From Eledone cirrhosa (lineage: Eukaryota), in assembly GCA_964016885.1 (NCBI GenBank), contig OZ024760.1, positions 19,592,001 through 19,656,000 of the forward strand: 64,000 nucleotides of DNA, given 5' to 3'. Positions 62,961 to 64,000 of this stretch are shown here, one piece after another. The notes beneath the pieces were generated by a model. It saw only the letters and a program-made list of their open reading frames with translations. It searched no databases and was not told where the DNA came from. Position numbers and translations under genes: made by a program. Position 1 is the stretch's first letter; every line of letters begins with the position of its first letter.

Positions 62961-64000
62961 TTAAAAGTGTGTATATAATAAAATGTATGTGTATAGAGAG
63001 AAGGTTTAGTTTCTTAGATAGTATACATACCTCTTTACATGAAGAAATAAATATCCAGAGTGATTTTCCTTCAATCGAAAAGAAGAGTTCCATAAAGGGG
63101 AAGTAACTCTAAATAAAGGGAGATAATTCTAGTCAAATTAACACCAAAAATCGATTGTTTGCGAGGTCCGGGACGCAGGCCAATAAGTGGACAGCTGCAT
63201 AAGCCAGGAAGACTTCGTAACGATTCGAACTCCAGACGCATAGAATGGTCACGCCATACATAAGTAGACGACGAAGTCGGAATGGCTACGCGCATCGCCG
63301 CTCGAAGCCACAATTCTACTGAGTAGAATTAGTATACTTATAGCTAAAAAAACATTTTTATAAATATAGAAACGGAACGAAAGCAAGATAACACGCCTCA
63401 ATATATATATTGTGTGTTACCTAACTCTCATTCCGTTTCTATATATAAATTAATTTACAAACTACTAGTATTTAGTAGATATATGTTTAGTTGGCCATGG
63501 GACGTATACGCTATAAAACTGCTTCTTTGGCCAGTATATGATTCTTTCACCCTCTAAGCTTATACTGACCAGGGTTTAGCTGGTTGTACAGGATCCTACG
63601 AGAAGTATGTCCTTAAACTCTTCCTTTCGCACTTTAAGCAGGTACCGGCTATGGTTTAGCTGGCCGCAGAGGATCCTACCAAAGGATACACAATTGATGG
63701 ACAACTATAAGTGCACTCCTAACAGCACACACATATATAAGCAAGATGACCCATGCAAGCGTGGGAGATACTATTGGACATTGACCAGGGTTTTAGATGG
63801 CCGTAGGAGAAGCTATGTGAAGTATATGCCCCCAAACTGCTTCTTTCGCTCAATAAGTTTATGGCGATCAGGGCTAAGTTAGCCGTAGGAGATTCTATGC
63901 GACATATACACCCTAAACAAAACTAACGTTTAAACAATTATTTCTGACATTATGGAGGGTGGGCTTTGCGTTGTGTTCTTGAGCAAGACACTTATTTTAC

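Overview
AT-rich, (TA)n-rich animal genomic DNA. The SINE/MITE content suggests a coleoid cephalopod such as Octopus (inference). Bases ~2.5-52.4 kb hold the 3' part of one plus-strand gene. I reconstructed 27 GT-AG exons by hand (~7.2 kb CDS, ~2,400 aa, frame continuous); the 5' end lies upstream of the window. The product is an extracellular-matrix-type protein (matrilin/collagen-VI-like, no Gly-X-Y seen): VWA x6 with micro-exon linkers, an Arg/Thr/Pro mucin-like segment, (VWA-EGF) x4, a final VWA and an acidic tail. Introns carry two tRNA-derived SINE families, piggyBac-like and hAT-like MITEs, a decayed DD37D (maT) Tc1/mariner, RTE LINE fragments and minisatellites. The least expected signal is a set of at least ten type I hammerhead ribozyme motifs (stem I-CUGANGA-stem II-GAAA-stem III-UH-stem I) from several unrelated families. 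Several sit in long fold-back inverted repeats inserted in (TA)n tracts, and one pair is in tandem 167 nt apart, as in Penelope pLTRs/retrozymes. Downstream of the gene, a 2.5-kb 40-bp satellite with a 441-bp higher-order repeat is flanked by mirror-image repeat blocks carrying NRF1/YY1-like motifs. No database search or folding program was run.
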